A stretch of DNA of 64,000 nt, from contig JAANOX010000017.1 of NCBI GenBank assembly GCA_020184695.1, positions 186,001-250,000 on the forward strand, given 5' to 3'. The notes under the pieces were generated by a model. It had not been told where the DNA came from, ran no database searches, and saw only the letters and a program-made list of their open reading frames with translations. How positions within the stretch are numbered: position 1 is the stretch's first letter; each line of letters opens with the position of its first letter. This DNA comes from Histomonas meleagridis 2922-C6/04-290x. Lineage: Eukaryota; Protista; Parabasalia. Position numbers and translations under genes: made by a program. This document shows, piece by piece, positions 32,565 through 44,115 of this stretch.

Positions 32565-33396
32565 TTATTGTATTTGAGAATTATTCACAGATTTATTTTC
32601 AACTGCTTTTCTTTTTAATATATTTGCAATATTATTATATCCATGCTTAGTAGCCATGTCAAGTGCTGTTTTAAAAAATTAAAGTAAATTCCAAATATTA
32701 TATTGAAATTACAAATACCAGAATGAAACCCAAAACAAAACGAATCAATATTTTTAGCGTTAATATCAATTCCTTCTTGCTTAAGTAATAATTCCACTAT
32801 TTCTACATAACCTTTTGTAGATGCTTTAAAAAGAGCTGTTTCAAATAATTTTAATAATTTTTAAATGTTATTTATAAATAGAAAAACTTTTTAATATATA
32901 TTAAAAGAAACAAACAGAAATCTTTAGCATTAATATTAATTCCTTTTTGTTCTAAAAGTAATTTAACTATTTTATCATAACCTTTATCAGATGCTTCAAT
33001 TAGTGGTGTCATAAATATTTAAAATAAATTCCAATTATTATCATGAAATTTTAAATTATTTAAACAAACTTTAAATATAAAAATTAAACATTAATGATAT
33101 TAAGATCGAATCCTCCATGATCCAAAAGATATTTTACTGTTTCAAAACTTCCACTTTTAATTGCAAATGTAAGAGCATTCTCAAATACTATTAAAAAATT
33201 CCATAAAATATTTTAAATGAACCCAAAATAAAGTCAAAAAATATTTTTAACTTTTATATTAGTTCTTTTGTTTTCAAGTATTATTTTAACTACATCTGAA
33301 TTTCCATGTTTGCAAGCAATTAATAAAGGATTCATTTAAAATTTAAGTAAACATTATGAAATATTTATATCAAACATAAAATCAAAAAAAATTAAT
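32565..33396 (-). repeat. Spacer-interrupted ankyrin array (locus C): 5 spacers; last segment runs to a natural stop
   Basis: Spacers: 33396-33333 (64), 33242-33180 (63), 33089-33010 (80), 32919-32840 (80), 32749-32670 (80). Segments NPLLIACKHG, NALTFAIKSG, TPLIEASDKG, TALFKASTKG, and TALDMATKHG...SQIQ* (TAA 32567-32565). Confidence 0.9.
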
Positions 33397-34668
33397 ATCA
33401 GTTTCATTAATATTAAAAGCTTTTTTATCAATAAATAGCTTTATAATTTCAGCATTCCATGATATTGCAGACCATAATAAGATATCATCAGGTATTGGTA
33501 TTATTTCTAAGAAGTATTTCAAAAGATATAAATTGCCCATTTCTATCGAAAGTTTACAATAACTTGGAAATACACCCAAATTCAAATTATCTTCTTCTTC
33601 TTTTAAAAATTCCAGAAATTCATAATTACTCCATTTTATCGCTTTAACTAAGGGTTCTTTTTCTTTATGAATTGACTTTTTATTTAAATGTAACCTATAG
33701 ATTATTTGTAAAAATGTATTTTCTGCTGGATTTACTTTTTCTTCATGATTTAAACTTACTTCATCAAATTTATTTTCATAAAAATACCTTAAAATATCAT
33801 TTCTGTGAAATGTAATTGCTGCATTTATTATTCCAGAATCATCTGAATGATTTTGCTCACAAAGATTAATGATTTCTAAATTACCACCTGCAACAGCAAA
33901 TTGAAATGTATTTATTAAATTCGAACCATTTAATAATAAATATTTAAAACATTTAATCGAACCAAAAAATGCTGCATAATCAATTAATGAAACATTCTCC
34001 CGATTAACATATGAAAATCTTTCATAAACAGATGGTTCAATTGTTTGATTAAAATCAAAATCCGATTGTGATGATATTTCTTGAAGTTTTTCGATTTCAT
34101 CATTTCGAATTGCTTTTGCAATTTCAGATGGATTAATTCCTTCTTTAACATATTTCTTATGAAGTTCCCAATTATTCTTTGAAACAATTTTTAAATCTTT
34201 TTTAAATATATCATAGAATTCATCTTCATATATTTTTTCTTTATTTGGTCTTTGAACAAAATAATGGATAAAATAATTTGATTTAACATGTCGAACATCA
34301 AAAGTAGTAATTAAATTACGTTCAATCATTTTCTCTAGAAGATAATATGATTCATTAATTTTATTTCTCACTAAAACTTTTTTAATGATTTCAATAACAT
34401 TTAAATTTCCAATATGTTTTTCTTCTTCTCTTTCTTGAAGCAATAACAAGTAATCAAAATATATACTTTCATCAGCTCTTTGTGCCATAAATGCTGAAAT
34501 GACGAGCAGGCAAATAACACTATTGAAAGAATTCGGATTATTTGAATCAAATAAATCAATTGTTCGATTCACTGATGATTCAATATTTTCTTTTTTTATA
34601 TCAAAAATTACTTGTTCGAGATCAAGTAATTCTTTTGGAATTGTTGGTTGATTCTTAGAACTTTCCAT
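33382..34668 (-). CDS. DUF3447-domain ankyrin-repeat protein, N-terminal ORF (locus C); frame ends in the first spacer
   Basis: FDFNQTIEPSVYER...SLIDYAAFFGSIKCFKYL...FAVAGGNLEIINLCEQ; ends ...FNINETD-INFF*. Confidence 0.85.
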   Translation of the reverse strand: MESSKNQPTIPKELLDLEQVIFDIKKENIESSVNRTIDLFDSNNPNSFNSVICLLVISAFMAQRADESIYFDYLLLLQEREEEKHIGNLNVIEIIKKVLVRNKINESYYLLEKMIERNLITTFDVRHVKSNYFIHYFVQRPNKEKIYEDEFYDIFKKDLKIVSKNNWELHKKYVKEGINPSEIAKAIRNDEIEKLQEISSQSDFDFNQTIEPSVYERFSYVNRENVSLIDYAAFFGSIKCFKYLLLNGSNLINTFQFAVAGGNLEIINLCEQNHSDDSGIINAAITFHRNDILRYFYENKFDEVSLNHEEKVNPAENTFLQIIYRLHLNKKSIHKEKEPLVKAIKWSNYEFLEFLKEEEDNLNLGVFPSYCKLSIEMGNLYLLKYFLEIIPIPDDILLWSAISWNAEIIKLFIDKKAFNINETDINFF

Positions 34669-34827
34669 TTAATTTTTTTTTTTTTTATTTTGGGAAACAA
34701 TTTTAAAAATGCCAACCCTTGCACGTTCACATCATGCGGAATATTTTACTACAACCGTTTTGTAAACTATTGATTTCAAAGAGTTACACTCACACAATAA
34801 AAATATGTTTAACAGAAGTATTACAAA

Positions 34828-34858
<31 letters not shown>

Positions 34859-35125
34859 AATGTTATTAAACATATGTTAGATATCTTTTTTTCTTTGATT
34901 CAAAAATGTGCGCAATTTTTCACAAAATACAGATTTTGTTATTCTTTTCAATAAAACATTTTTTTTTTTTAATAATTCATAAAAAACATTATCTCAATAA
35001 AAAAAACTCACATATTATTAATCGCTGAAGTTAGTTACTAAGTTTTGATGAAATCAGTTGCATAGTATATTTTCCTTTTTTATTATGATGAAAAATTATT
35101 TATAAATAAAAACAAAGTATAAATT

Positions 35126-36448
35126 TTATTCAATATTTGGGAAACATGCAAGCACATGCTGAGCTTTATTAGCTATATCCAAATCTTCGTTCACGATTAA
35201 CTCCTCCAAAATGGAGAAAATTTCGGTATTTTCGAATACATTATTATTTAAATTATATTTTACTATCATAAACCCCAAAATTTCGAGAATTTTCAATGTG
35301 TAATTTTTATTTACATTTTGTAATGAATCCAAAATTAAATTAATAAAATTCAAATTTAAAAATATTTTTAATCTAATTTCATCATTTCCATATTTAAAGA
35401 TTGAATAAATAATTTGTAATGATAACATTTTTGTACTATAATAACCAAATTTCAAAATATTTTCTAATTTTTCAATTATTCCTAATTCTAAAAATGTATA
35501 AATTAAATTTGGATTCATTAAAATCGAACAGCGAATAATTTCTAATGAAATCATTTGAACGTTAATTTTTGATGGAAGTAAAATTTGAATAACAAATGAA
35601 ATGTCAAATGAAATTCCCGATTTAATCAGAGGAATCAACAATTTTAGTGAGTTATACGATATTTTTTCATTCTCAGATTGAAGTAATAGATAAACATATT
35701 CAAAAAAATGTTGTTCTATTGATATAAGTTGCCATTTAACACTTTTCGTAAAAAGATTATAAATACAACAGAGTGAGTTTGGTATAACAACGTTACGTTT
35801 AAAGGTTTCATATATTGTCATAAACAGTTGCTCAACAGATTTATGAATTCTAATGTCATCGCTGTGAATTCTAAATGAAATATCATAATTGGTAATGTTA
35901 CGAAGAATTTTAAAAGAATAAGAGATAATTTTAAGAACATTTGAAGAACAAATAATTTGACAAAAAAAATCAATTCCAAAAAAATTGTTCGCTGAAATTG
36001 AAATTTCAGGAATTTTTGTTATATTCTTCAAAAGAGATAAAGGAATTTCAAGTGGCAATAAGTTAGTATTGACCATATGAATGTTAATGATTTCATACAA
36101 ATTATAATTAACTAACATTAGTAATAATTGTTTGGAGAATTTTGAAAGTCTTGATATAAAATGGAAAATCTGTACAGCGAGCTCACAGGGTATTGGCACT
36201 TGAAGCAAATTTAGTATTCGTATAGTAAACGGAAATAATTTTTTTTCATCAAAATGAGAGAATGGAAAGTGATTGATGTAGCTTCCTAAGTGTGGCAAAT
36301 ATTGTGGTGTTTGGGATATATCGCATGAACAAAATTCAATTATGAAATTATTTAATTGTTGACGATTTAATGAGTTTTGTTTTTTTCTGCATTTTAAATT
36401 TGACCTATTCCTGGTGATTCCTTCATTGACTTTAAATTGGTTTTTCAT
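35126..36448 (-). CDS. ARM/HEAT-repeat-like hypothetical protein
   Basis: 440-aa L/I-rich helical ORF with ARM-like segments (LGIIEKLENIL, EDLDIANKAQHVL). Confidence 0.55.
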   Translation of the reverse strand: MKNQFKVNEGITRNRSNLKCRKKQNSLNRQQLNNFIIEFCSCDISQTPQYLPHLGSYINHFPFSHFDEKKLFPFTIRILNLLQVPIPCELAVQIFHFISRLSKFSKQLLLMLVNYNLYEIINIHMVNTNLLPLEIPLSLLKNITKIPEISISANNFFGIDFFCQIICSSNVLKIISYSFKILRNITNYDISFRIHSDDIRIHKSVEQLFMTIYETFKRNVVIPNSLCCIYNLFTKSVKWQLISIEQHFFEYVYLLLQSENEKISYNSLKLLIPLIKSGISFDISFVIQILLPSKINVQMISLEIIRCSILMNPNLIYTFLELGIIEKLENILKFGYYSTKMLSLQIIYSIFKYGNDEIRLKIFLNLNFINLILDSLQNVNKNYTLKILEILGFMIVKYNLNNNVFENTEIFSILEELIVNEDLDIANKAQHVLACFPNIE

Positions 36449-36947
36449 GAAGCATAATCCGTGACTTTTTTATTAAAAAATGAAAGTACGTTAAAGAGAT
36501 TTTTTATGGACTTTGAAAAAATACAAAACCAATAATTAAAACACAGTTAAGTAAACCATGAAACTCAGGTGAGCGAGCTTGAAAATGTTCGTATTGTTGT
36601 TAATCAAAATTCGGTATACCTAATTATGCTAATGCTTATTTTCTCGTTAAAACTCAGTTTGCATTTGTAAAATTTAATAGCAGACAACCGAAATTATATT
36701 GGAATGCAATCCAAAAATAAAATAATTATTTTTTTTTAATATGGGATCACCGTATGCCAGACATTAAGAAATTGAGAAAGGAATTTTATTAAGATTTTCT
36801 TATTAACGTTGATAACACAGAACGTACGAAAGGTTTTATTTAGGTTGCTCTAAATTAGAAAAGCTTGCCGAATTAGAAAAATAATGCCCAGAGTAAAAAG
36901 TGACACGAAAATTACAAAACCCGACGGTTATTAATTTCATAGAAAAC

Positions 36948-37245
36948 AAAAAACAGTGGCTGCAATCCTGCTGCAGGAGGGAAGTAACAGTTTGCTCACG
37001 CCCAGAATCCACGCACCGTAGAATCTGGAAATCTATTCGCTGTTCCGTTTACCGGCCTCACGCATTGCGATTTGCTTTAATCGTATCTCTCCCTAGCTTG
37101 CCTTCGCAAGAGTACATGATACATCAGATTTACCTGGTGGGAGGGCACTCAACACAAAGCTAATTACCTATCACCACAGCAGTCACAACGCCTGAATTCT
37201 AAGGGTAGCGTACACTTTACAGACTGGGATTACACCAATCCACCC
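36948..37245 (-). ncRNA. Signal recognition particle RNA (7SL/SRP RNA)
   Basis: GC-rich ~295-nt island. Helix-8-like AGGCCGGTAAACGGAACAGC (cf. AGGUCGGAAACGGAGCAG); helix-6 hairpin CTTGC-GAAG-GCAAG; 5' Alu-like GGATT-GGTGT-AATCC and TGTAA; long-range pairing CTGCTGTGG/CCTGCAGCAG; ends in a T6 Pol III terminator. Confidence 0.85.
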
Positions 37246-37561
37246 ATTATTTGGTTCTGTAATATAGTTTGTGATTACATATTAAATTATTATTAATTCA
37301 AAGAACTCATGTGATTAGCTTATTATTAAATATTTAGATTAGCTATTAAAAGTTTCTTCATTTGATCTAATTCCTGTATAAAAAATCATACTGACGCTTT
37401 TCATTGTGGACTGAAATCTGGTTGATCCAAATAATTAATTAATAATTAATTCTAAACAAATCATGATTTTATACAAAACAGCAATATGACTAAAATGGGT
37501 TTTCATAAGTAATGTTTATAAACCCTATAAAAAATAATTCTTTATGGTAAAAAAAATAAAA

Positions 37562-38398
37562 TTACATTTTATGATATGGAAACAATGTTGTAGACCGAAA
37601 TGCTAACAAATCAATCGCACGTGCGAAAACAAAAAAACAGCCGAACATCGCCAAGAGGCGAGAAACAGAATTCATTATTGGCTCTCTGTGAATTTTCTTC
37701 TGTATTCCAATTGGTAAGAAATTCCATTCGAAAATGATGCCTGGAATTCCACGTGAGCGAATCTTCTCGAGGTTCGACTTACTTACAGATGCGATCGCTT
37801 GGTATCCTTCGTTCCGATCAAGAGTGACTCTCATGAGTTGAACATTATATGTGATCATGTATGGAATCTGTTTCTGAAGAAGAAATGTGGTGCCATCAAG
37901 TGATGATTCTATTTGCGCATGACCGAAGTGAACAAAATTAATTTTGTGAGTTAAATTACGATTGTCAACAGTGTACCATAGATGTTGGTGAACACCAGAC
38001 TCTGTAAAATATGATTCCCCTAGGCCAATATGGAAACTTGCTGGAACATTTGGAGAGTCAACATCTACAAGAATATGACATTTTTCTCCTTCTTGAATAA
38101 AAGTTTTATTTATATTAGCGTCAATGTAAATTGTTCGTTTGATACTGGTAATCTCAAAATGAAGATTTGAACAATTATTATAAACTTCAATGTCAATAGA
38201 AATAGGTAATCTAGAAGGAAGTGGTGTTTCATCTAGTTCCATTTTTGATTGAATTCCAATTGTAAGATAATTTTTTATTTCATACATTACCGAACAAAAC
38301 AAAAATATAATAGTTGATATTGTAATAAGTCCACCAACATTCGTTTTCACTGTAAATTCGCTGTTATTATTTTTTGGGAAGATATCAAATCTTTTCAT
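37562..38398 (-). CDS. ERGIC/Erv41-Erv46 family COPII vesicle protein
   Basis: KRFDIFPK...VKTNVGGLITI N-terminus, NLTHKINFVHFG, PGIIFEWNFLPI, C-terminal TM. Confidence 0.85.
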   Translation of the reverse strand: MKRFDIFPKNNNSEFTVKTNVGGLITISTIIFLFCSVMYEIKNYLTIGIQSKMELDETPLPSRLPISIDIEVYNNCSNLHFEITSIKRTIYIDANINKTFIQEGEKCHILVDVDSPNVPASFHIGLGESYFTESGVHQHLWYTVDNRNLTHKINFVHFGHAQIESSLDGTTFLLQKQIPYMITYNVQLMRVTLDRNEGYQAIASVSKSNLEKIRSRGIPGIIFEWNFLPIGIQKKIHREPIMNSVSRLLAMFGCFFVFARAIDLLAFRSTTLFPYHKM

Positions 38399-38428
38399 TT
38401 ATTAAATTTCACGTCACATTTCGGTAAA

Positions 38429-39166
38429 ATGGAACAAACGCAAAAGGAAATATGTATTAAAATCATGAAATCAATACTTGAAAACCCAATTTCAAAGCTG
38501 TTCTGGAACTTTGCTCCAGATGCAACAAATCCAAACATTGCACATCCATTAAGTTTGGAATATATTTCAACGCGTTTATCAAATGACAAATATTCGTTAC
38601 CATCTGATTTTATAATGGACTTGCGTTTATGTTTTCAAAATGGAAAAGCTGGTGAACCACAAGGAACAATCAGGCATGCATCTGCACAACAGTTGCTTGT
38701 TGATCTTGATTCAATGGTTGCAAAGCTACAACCACTTGCTAATCCAAAAGTTCTCAGGTTACAACTAATTACATCAGAATTTGAAGATAATTTATCATTT
38801 CCAGAATACAGTCAATTACCAAGAGAAGTAAATGAACCACATGCGCAAATCTTTGATACAGACCCAGATCCTTCTGATACAGCTACGTTATTACGCGATA
38901 TTAAATTTCTTACATCACCTGATTTAACAGCTAAACTAGCAGTCTTCATCACAAAAATCCAACCTGAAGTAGTCATAGTGGCAGAAGAAATCACTTTTAA
39001 TATTTATTTGCTCACTGATGAAAATCGAATAATTGTTCGAAAATTTGTGACCCAGTTGCTGAAAGATGCAGCTTCTGGTAAAATGGATCCGTTTTCGAGA
39101 CCTTTTGGAGTGGTTGTGAAACCCATGAAGGTTCAAGAAAGAAGGATGTTCTTCAATGAAATGTAA
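38429..39166 (+). CDS. Bromodomain-like hypothetical protein
   Basis: IMKSILENPISKLFW...HPLSLEYISTRLSNDKYSLPSDFIMDLRLCFQNG follows the bromodomain pattern (PMDL..I..RL....Y.....F..D..L.F.N). Confidence 0.65.
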   Translation: MEQTQKEICIKIMKSILENPISKLFWNFAPDATNPNIAHPLSLEYISTRLSNDKYSLPSDFIMDLRLCFQNGKAGEPQGTIRHASAQQLLVDLDSMVAKLQPLANPKVLRLQLITSEFEDNLSFPEYSQLPREVNEPHAQIFDTDPDPSDTATLLRDIKFLTSPDLTAKLAVFITKIQPEVVIVAEEITFNIYLLTDENRIIVRKFVTQLLKDAASGKMDPFSRPFGVVVKPMKVQERRMFFNEM

Positions 39167-39835
39167 ATGATTTGTTTATAATAATAATTTTAAACCAAAA
39201 ACACACGGCATTCTTCAACATCTTGACACAATAATTTTCATAATATTATGAAATAATTAATTTATTGTATAAAATTTTTCCGCATTGTATTGACTTTATT
39301 ATAAAATAAGTAATATCTTATCTGAAATGAGTTTGAACAATAAAATATAGTTTTAACTATTTAACTTTGGATAAATTAATCATAAATGAAGTATAATTAG
39401 ATATTTAATACTAAATTAACTAAAAATAGAAACAACTTGGATAAACTCTAATTAAATCATTCAGAGTTTCTTTATTAAGTTTTAATTTTAAAAGATTTTT
39501 CCATTTGAAAATTGATCACTTTAACTGGAAGACAGTGTTTCAATAAAAAATAGTGTGTAAATAGTAACATGAGAATCGTCAAGTATAAGTTAAATAGATC
39601 AGTTTGTAAGTATTGGACATTGAAGCCAAAAATTGCTCCACCAGTTCAGAAAAACACGTTAACAAAAATCATGTTTTTGAAAAAGTTTACATAAAAAATA
39701 AACCTATTAATTGTATGATATAAATTTGAGAAATATCACGCACAAAAAGATAACAAACACATTCAATTTTCAAAACCCAAATAAAAATAAACTTCACAAA
39801 TAAATGTTTGTGTTTTTTGAATGGTTTACTATCAA

Positions 39836-40771
39836 TTATAATTCATCGTTTGTTGTTTGTTTCTTTGTTTCTTTTTGATCTTTAGGCTTATTTGAAACCC
39901 TCTCAACGAAACTAAACATGTCCTCAAACGCTCTCTTTCTTGTTCCTGACTTTAGTAAGTCGTGCGGCCCTTCTTTGTAATCAACAATTTCTATTATGTC
40001 GCCTTTCAATTCTTTGACTTTGTTCGCCCATTTAATGTTTTTGGTCGGGCTCACGCAATCGTCAGCTTCTCCCTGTAAAAGCAAAAGTGGAATATCAGGA
40101 TATTTGTCGTAATGTTGGATAACATAGTCCATGGCTGTAAAAGATGATTTTGTAACATCAATTGTAATTGTCGATTTAAGATGACCTGTTGCTATTGCCA
40201 TTTTTTTGTACTCTTCAGGATATGGAGCTTCGCTAATTTTTAATCCAGTGTTAACTTTGAATTGAGGATAAATATAATACAATATATTTATAAGCAATGA
40301 AAGAAATTTATTTGGACGTCTATTAGAGTATGTTGTTATCCATGGAGCATGCGCGATAATACCAGCAATATCGTGTAGAGAATCTGGATAAGCAAGTGCC
40401 ATTTTTAATAATGACAAACCACCCATAGAATGCCCAAGCAAATAAATAGGGAGAGATGGGTATAGTTTTCTTGCGTATTTAATTAGCTCAAACGTTTCAT
40501 CAATTATATCTTCTACATTTGCTTGTTTTCCTGGAGAAAATCCATTTCCCAGATGATCAGCTGCAAAGACAGTAAAATTATGTTCAGGGAAAACTCTCAG
40601 AAAGTTTGCACTAATTTCAAGATTTGAATTTAATCCATGAATAAATATAATAACAAATAATGGTGTTGTAACACATGGCCAATGGCATCCATGTACGACA
40701 TTACCCTTAACATTTAGCTGAAATAAGCTTCCATCAAGAGATGAAGACCAATTTGCTTGAGATATATCCAT
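39836..40771 (-). CDS. Alpha/beta hydrolase (monoglyceride lipase/lysophospholipase-like)
   Basis: IFIHGL, DHLGNGFSPG, nucleophile motif GHSMGG, LLLQGEADDCV, GPHDLL. Confidence 0.9.
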   Translation of the reverse strand: MDISQANWSSSLDGSLFQLNVKGNVVHGCHWPCVTTPLFVIIFIHGLNSNLEISANFLRVFPEHNFTVFAADHLGNGFSPGKQANVEDIIDETFELIKYARKLYPSLPIYLLGHSMGGLSLLKMALAYPDSLHDIAGIIAHAPWITTYSNRRPNKFLSLLINILYYIYPQFKVNTGLKISEAPYPEEYKKMAIATGHLKSTITIDVTKSSFTAMDYVIQHYDKYPDIPLLLLQGEADDCVSPTKNIKWANKVKELKGDIIEIVDYKEGPHDLLKSGTRKRAFEDMFSFVERVSNKPKDQKETKKQTTNDEL

Positions 40772-41097
40772 CGTTGTGATCGTTTATTTTTTTTAAACGT
40801 TGTAACGTTTTAACTTTTTAATAATTAATCCGCTGAAAATGGATTCAATTGTGGATCAGCCGATGACCGGTTCAGAAAATTGAGAAGCTCAGCGCTGAGA
40901 ATCAGTCACTTTTAATACGATACAACAAAGTGAAAAAAACCGATCGTATGAATTCAATAGAAAACAGTAATATATTAATTAATCATTTGATTAAATGTAA
41001 CTTTGTTTCGTTTGGTTTTGAAGTGTATTTGCTTTTCTAAATAAAGTATCTTTTGGTTATAATAAATTCGCTATAAAAATTTATGGCTTGATAGATT

Positions 41098-42300
41098 TCA
41101 ATTGAAATATATATTTTCTTTAAAACCTACTATAAATGGATCTTCATCAATGTTGAAGAAAGCTACGGGTATGTTATTCTTTGAAATATTACATTCAATT
41201 TCATCAATAATACTTTTGTTATTATTAATATGTTTTATATAATGAATATGAAAAAATATTACATTAATTATTATTACAATTTTGACTATTACTATGCAAA
41301 CATGGATATTAATTATTATCATAATTTGTTTAATATTTGTTTCATCTTAATTGATTTTGGTATAAAAGTGCAATATGAAATATAGATGAGTATTCAATAA
41401 TTGTAAATTCGATATGTGTTGACATAATAATGTGATGAGTTAAATTATAGAAAGTGAAATAGTAATGACTGTTTTAAGATCTTTTGTATTTATATTTGAT
41501 TGTGTAAGATACATAATGTGAATATATGCTTCATCATGTTGCTGTGATTTTGAAAATCAATTTGAACTAGTAAATATATCATTTTGTATGAATGAATTTG
41601 AGTACCTAAATGTGAATGCGTGTCAGCAAAGTATATTATACATCAATCAAGCGATTCGCCTTTAAGAACATTATGAGATTCAGATATTGTTTCTTGATTT
41701 AAATCTGATGTTATAACAGATTTTACGGGAACATTATAAAAAGCACTTGAATATATATAATTTGGTGTATTATACTATACATATTTAGTTATCACAACTT
41801 CCAAATGCATAATTATTAATCATTTTCACTTTTCCCAACAATAACAGTTTCCAAAATAAAATCAATTTTTAATTGTTTTAACTAAATTTGAAATTTCAGA
41901 AGTTTCATTGATTATAGCTGGCATACGACAAATAATTGAAGTAAAATTCATGTTAAAAATAAAACCATTAATTCCAGAATAATATTTATTTTCATTAGAT
42001 ACATTAATAAATTCAAGATTTAAACACAATCGAAAAGCAGTTGACTCAAACAATATTACTGATTTGGGAAATGTGATGTTTTTTAAGTGAACGACAATAA
42101 CGAAATGCATTACCTCCAATAAAAAATATATCCAATTCAATACAAGAATGAAATGCATAAGTTTCGATAAATTTAACTGATTTTGGAACTATAATACTTG
42201 ATAATAAAGTACATTTTTGAAATGCATAACTTCAAATTGTTAACACATTATAACCAATTAAGATAGATTCAGATTAAGAACAGCAAATGTTAACATTCAT
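41098..42300 (-). pseudogene. Degenerate BspA-like LRR surface-protein gene
   Basis: Fragments LKNITFPKSVILFESTAFRLCLNLEFINVSNENKYY (TpLRR/BspA-like), a TM-like fragment and a DEDPF tail; many stops and frameshifts. Confidence 0.6.
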
Positions 42301-42551
42301 TCAGTAGAAGCATTGCCAAAGATGGTTCCTAATCTTATGACTCACAATCCCTTCCACAAGTTGTGACATTCAAATAATAAAACACATCAAAGTATTGTAA
42401 TCTAATCATTCATATCAGAAATTTTAGCTTGATTTCAATTTGTTTACATATTTTTCATTACATTTTAAGATTCACTAAAATTTCATATTGATATCACTCA
42501 ATTCAATTCGAAATCACAAATAACGAAATCGTTAGTTTTTATAAAAATTTC

Positions 42552-43907
42552 TTAGTCAACCAGTTCGAATTTAGATGGCGTTACGCTCTTTCTTGTTCTT
42601 GTTGTAGTTGTTGTCGATACGCCATGATTCATAGCAAATTGTATATTCAATCTCCTTTGGTCGATAGTTGGGTCTCGTTTCTGCGCTGCTGTCTTTGGCT
42701 TTACGATATCACGCTTCAAAACTGAAAGAATCGCTTCGACATTTTCTTCACCCAAATAATGATTCAAACTAAGATCTCTTGGGTCGTTACGGATGATGTC
42801 GCTTCTGGCCTGGTAATTAAGTGTTGACTTATGAAGTAATCGAAGAAGTTGGAGATGGACTTCTGCACTTCCATCCTCAATCGCGGTAATTAAGAACTTA
42901 CGCATGTTAACAACCTGTTGGCTATCAAGACGGAACTCTTCAACGCCTGGGATTGCGTTTAATGAGTCAGAAATTTCTCTGACAAATCGATAGATGACAA
43001 GTAAATCTTCAATCTTTTGCCATGGAAGCTTAGAAGCATTACGAGGATCATAAAGACCATGTACCTTAAGATTTTGCATAAGTAAAGTTATTGAAGGTTC
43101 ATAAAAATTGTGAAGTAGAAAAGTGCCAATAGTTTTTGACGGTTTTTCATCGGCATCTTCTTTTTCGGCTTTTCCGGGTATTGTTTGGATGAATTGGTTG
43201 AAAATATTGTCTATTGTGGAGGTGATACGCTTTTGAACATTATTAGCAAGCCAAGGTTTACCTTCACGTGGGTGAATAATTTCCATGAAAATTACAAATA
43301 TAATTGCGATGAGATCAAATGCAACAGATGTGATAATAATTATTATGAGAGATATTACTCTAACACTAGGATGTTCGCTTGTAATTCTTTGGCTAAAACC
43401 ATAGAAATATACAACAAATGCTAAAATAAATGAAATTACAACAATCACATGGTATGGAAGAAAACAAGGCCCAAGAAGTATTTTCTTAACATGAGAAGAA
43501 ATTGAGCTAGAACTGCCTTCCCAATGATTAACACAATTTAAGAAAAATCTATTTTCGGTTGGATCATAATAAGAACCAGAATCATTAGCAATCCATGCTG
43601 CAGGTTGAATAACTGAAATACGTTCATGGTCACCTCCAGTATGATGAGGAAGTGTCATAATTGAAACTTCTGGGTCAGCAACCTCATCTTCAATAGCATA
43701 AAGGTAAGATTCTAAAGTGAGTTGAAGACTTGCAATGCTTGAAGCTATTTTTGGAAATTTTTCTTTTGGATCGTTAGATTGATCTTCATTTAATCGAACA
43801 AAATCTTCAGCAATCTCACCAGGTGGTTTTGTGCTGTATTGTGTAATTACTTGTAATTCATTTAAGTTTAAAACTGGAAAAGGCTGTTGGGTGTTCTCTT
43901 GAGACAT
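42552..43907 (-). CDS. Hypothetical membrane protein (2 predicted TM helices)
   Basis: 451-aa ORF; hydrophobic VIVVISFILAFVVYFY and VISLIIIIITSVAFDLIAIIFVIF. Confidence 0.7.
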   Translation of the reverse strand: MSQENTQQPFPVLNLNELQVITQYSTKPPGEIAEDFVRLNEDQSNDPKEKFPKIASSIASLQLTLESYLYAIEDEVADPEVSIMTLPHHTGGDHERISVIQPAAWIANDSGSYYDPTENRFFLNCVNHWEGSSSSISSHVKKILLGPCFLPYHVIVVISFILAFVVYFYGFSQRITSEHPSVRVISLIIIIITSVAFDLIAIIFVIFMEIIHPREGKPWLANNVQKRITSTIDNIFNQFIQTIPGKAEKEDADEKPSKTIGTFLLHNFYEPSITLLMQNLKVHGLYDPRNASKLPWQKIEDLLVIYRFVREISDSLNAIPGVEEFRLDSQQVVNMRKFLITAIEDGSAEVHLQLLRLLHKSTLNYQARSDIIRNDPRDLSLNHYLGEENVEAILSVLKRDIVKPKTAAQKRDPTIDQRRLNIQFAMNHGVSTTTTTRTRKSVTPSKFELVD

Positions 43908-44115
43908 TTTTGAATGGGGTACCCCGATTGCTATCGTTTTGATTACAGCAAAAGTGATCGTTTTTAATAGAATTTGTATTCAAAAAATTTTAACAGCAGA
44001 AGATATCAAAACCCTCTTATAAAAATAAAAACTATAATTCGCACTTAACAAATGCTTTACTTGAACTATTTAATTAAAATATTTTACTGTTAATCCACAA
44101 ATTCTCAATTGAGAA

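Noticed and set aside
1-34668. Assembly/sequencing error as the cause of broken ankyrin ORFs
   Set aside because: The interruption recurs at the same codon position 25 times in four loci on both strands with diverged sequence, while adjacent 5.5-6 kb ORFs are error-free.
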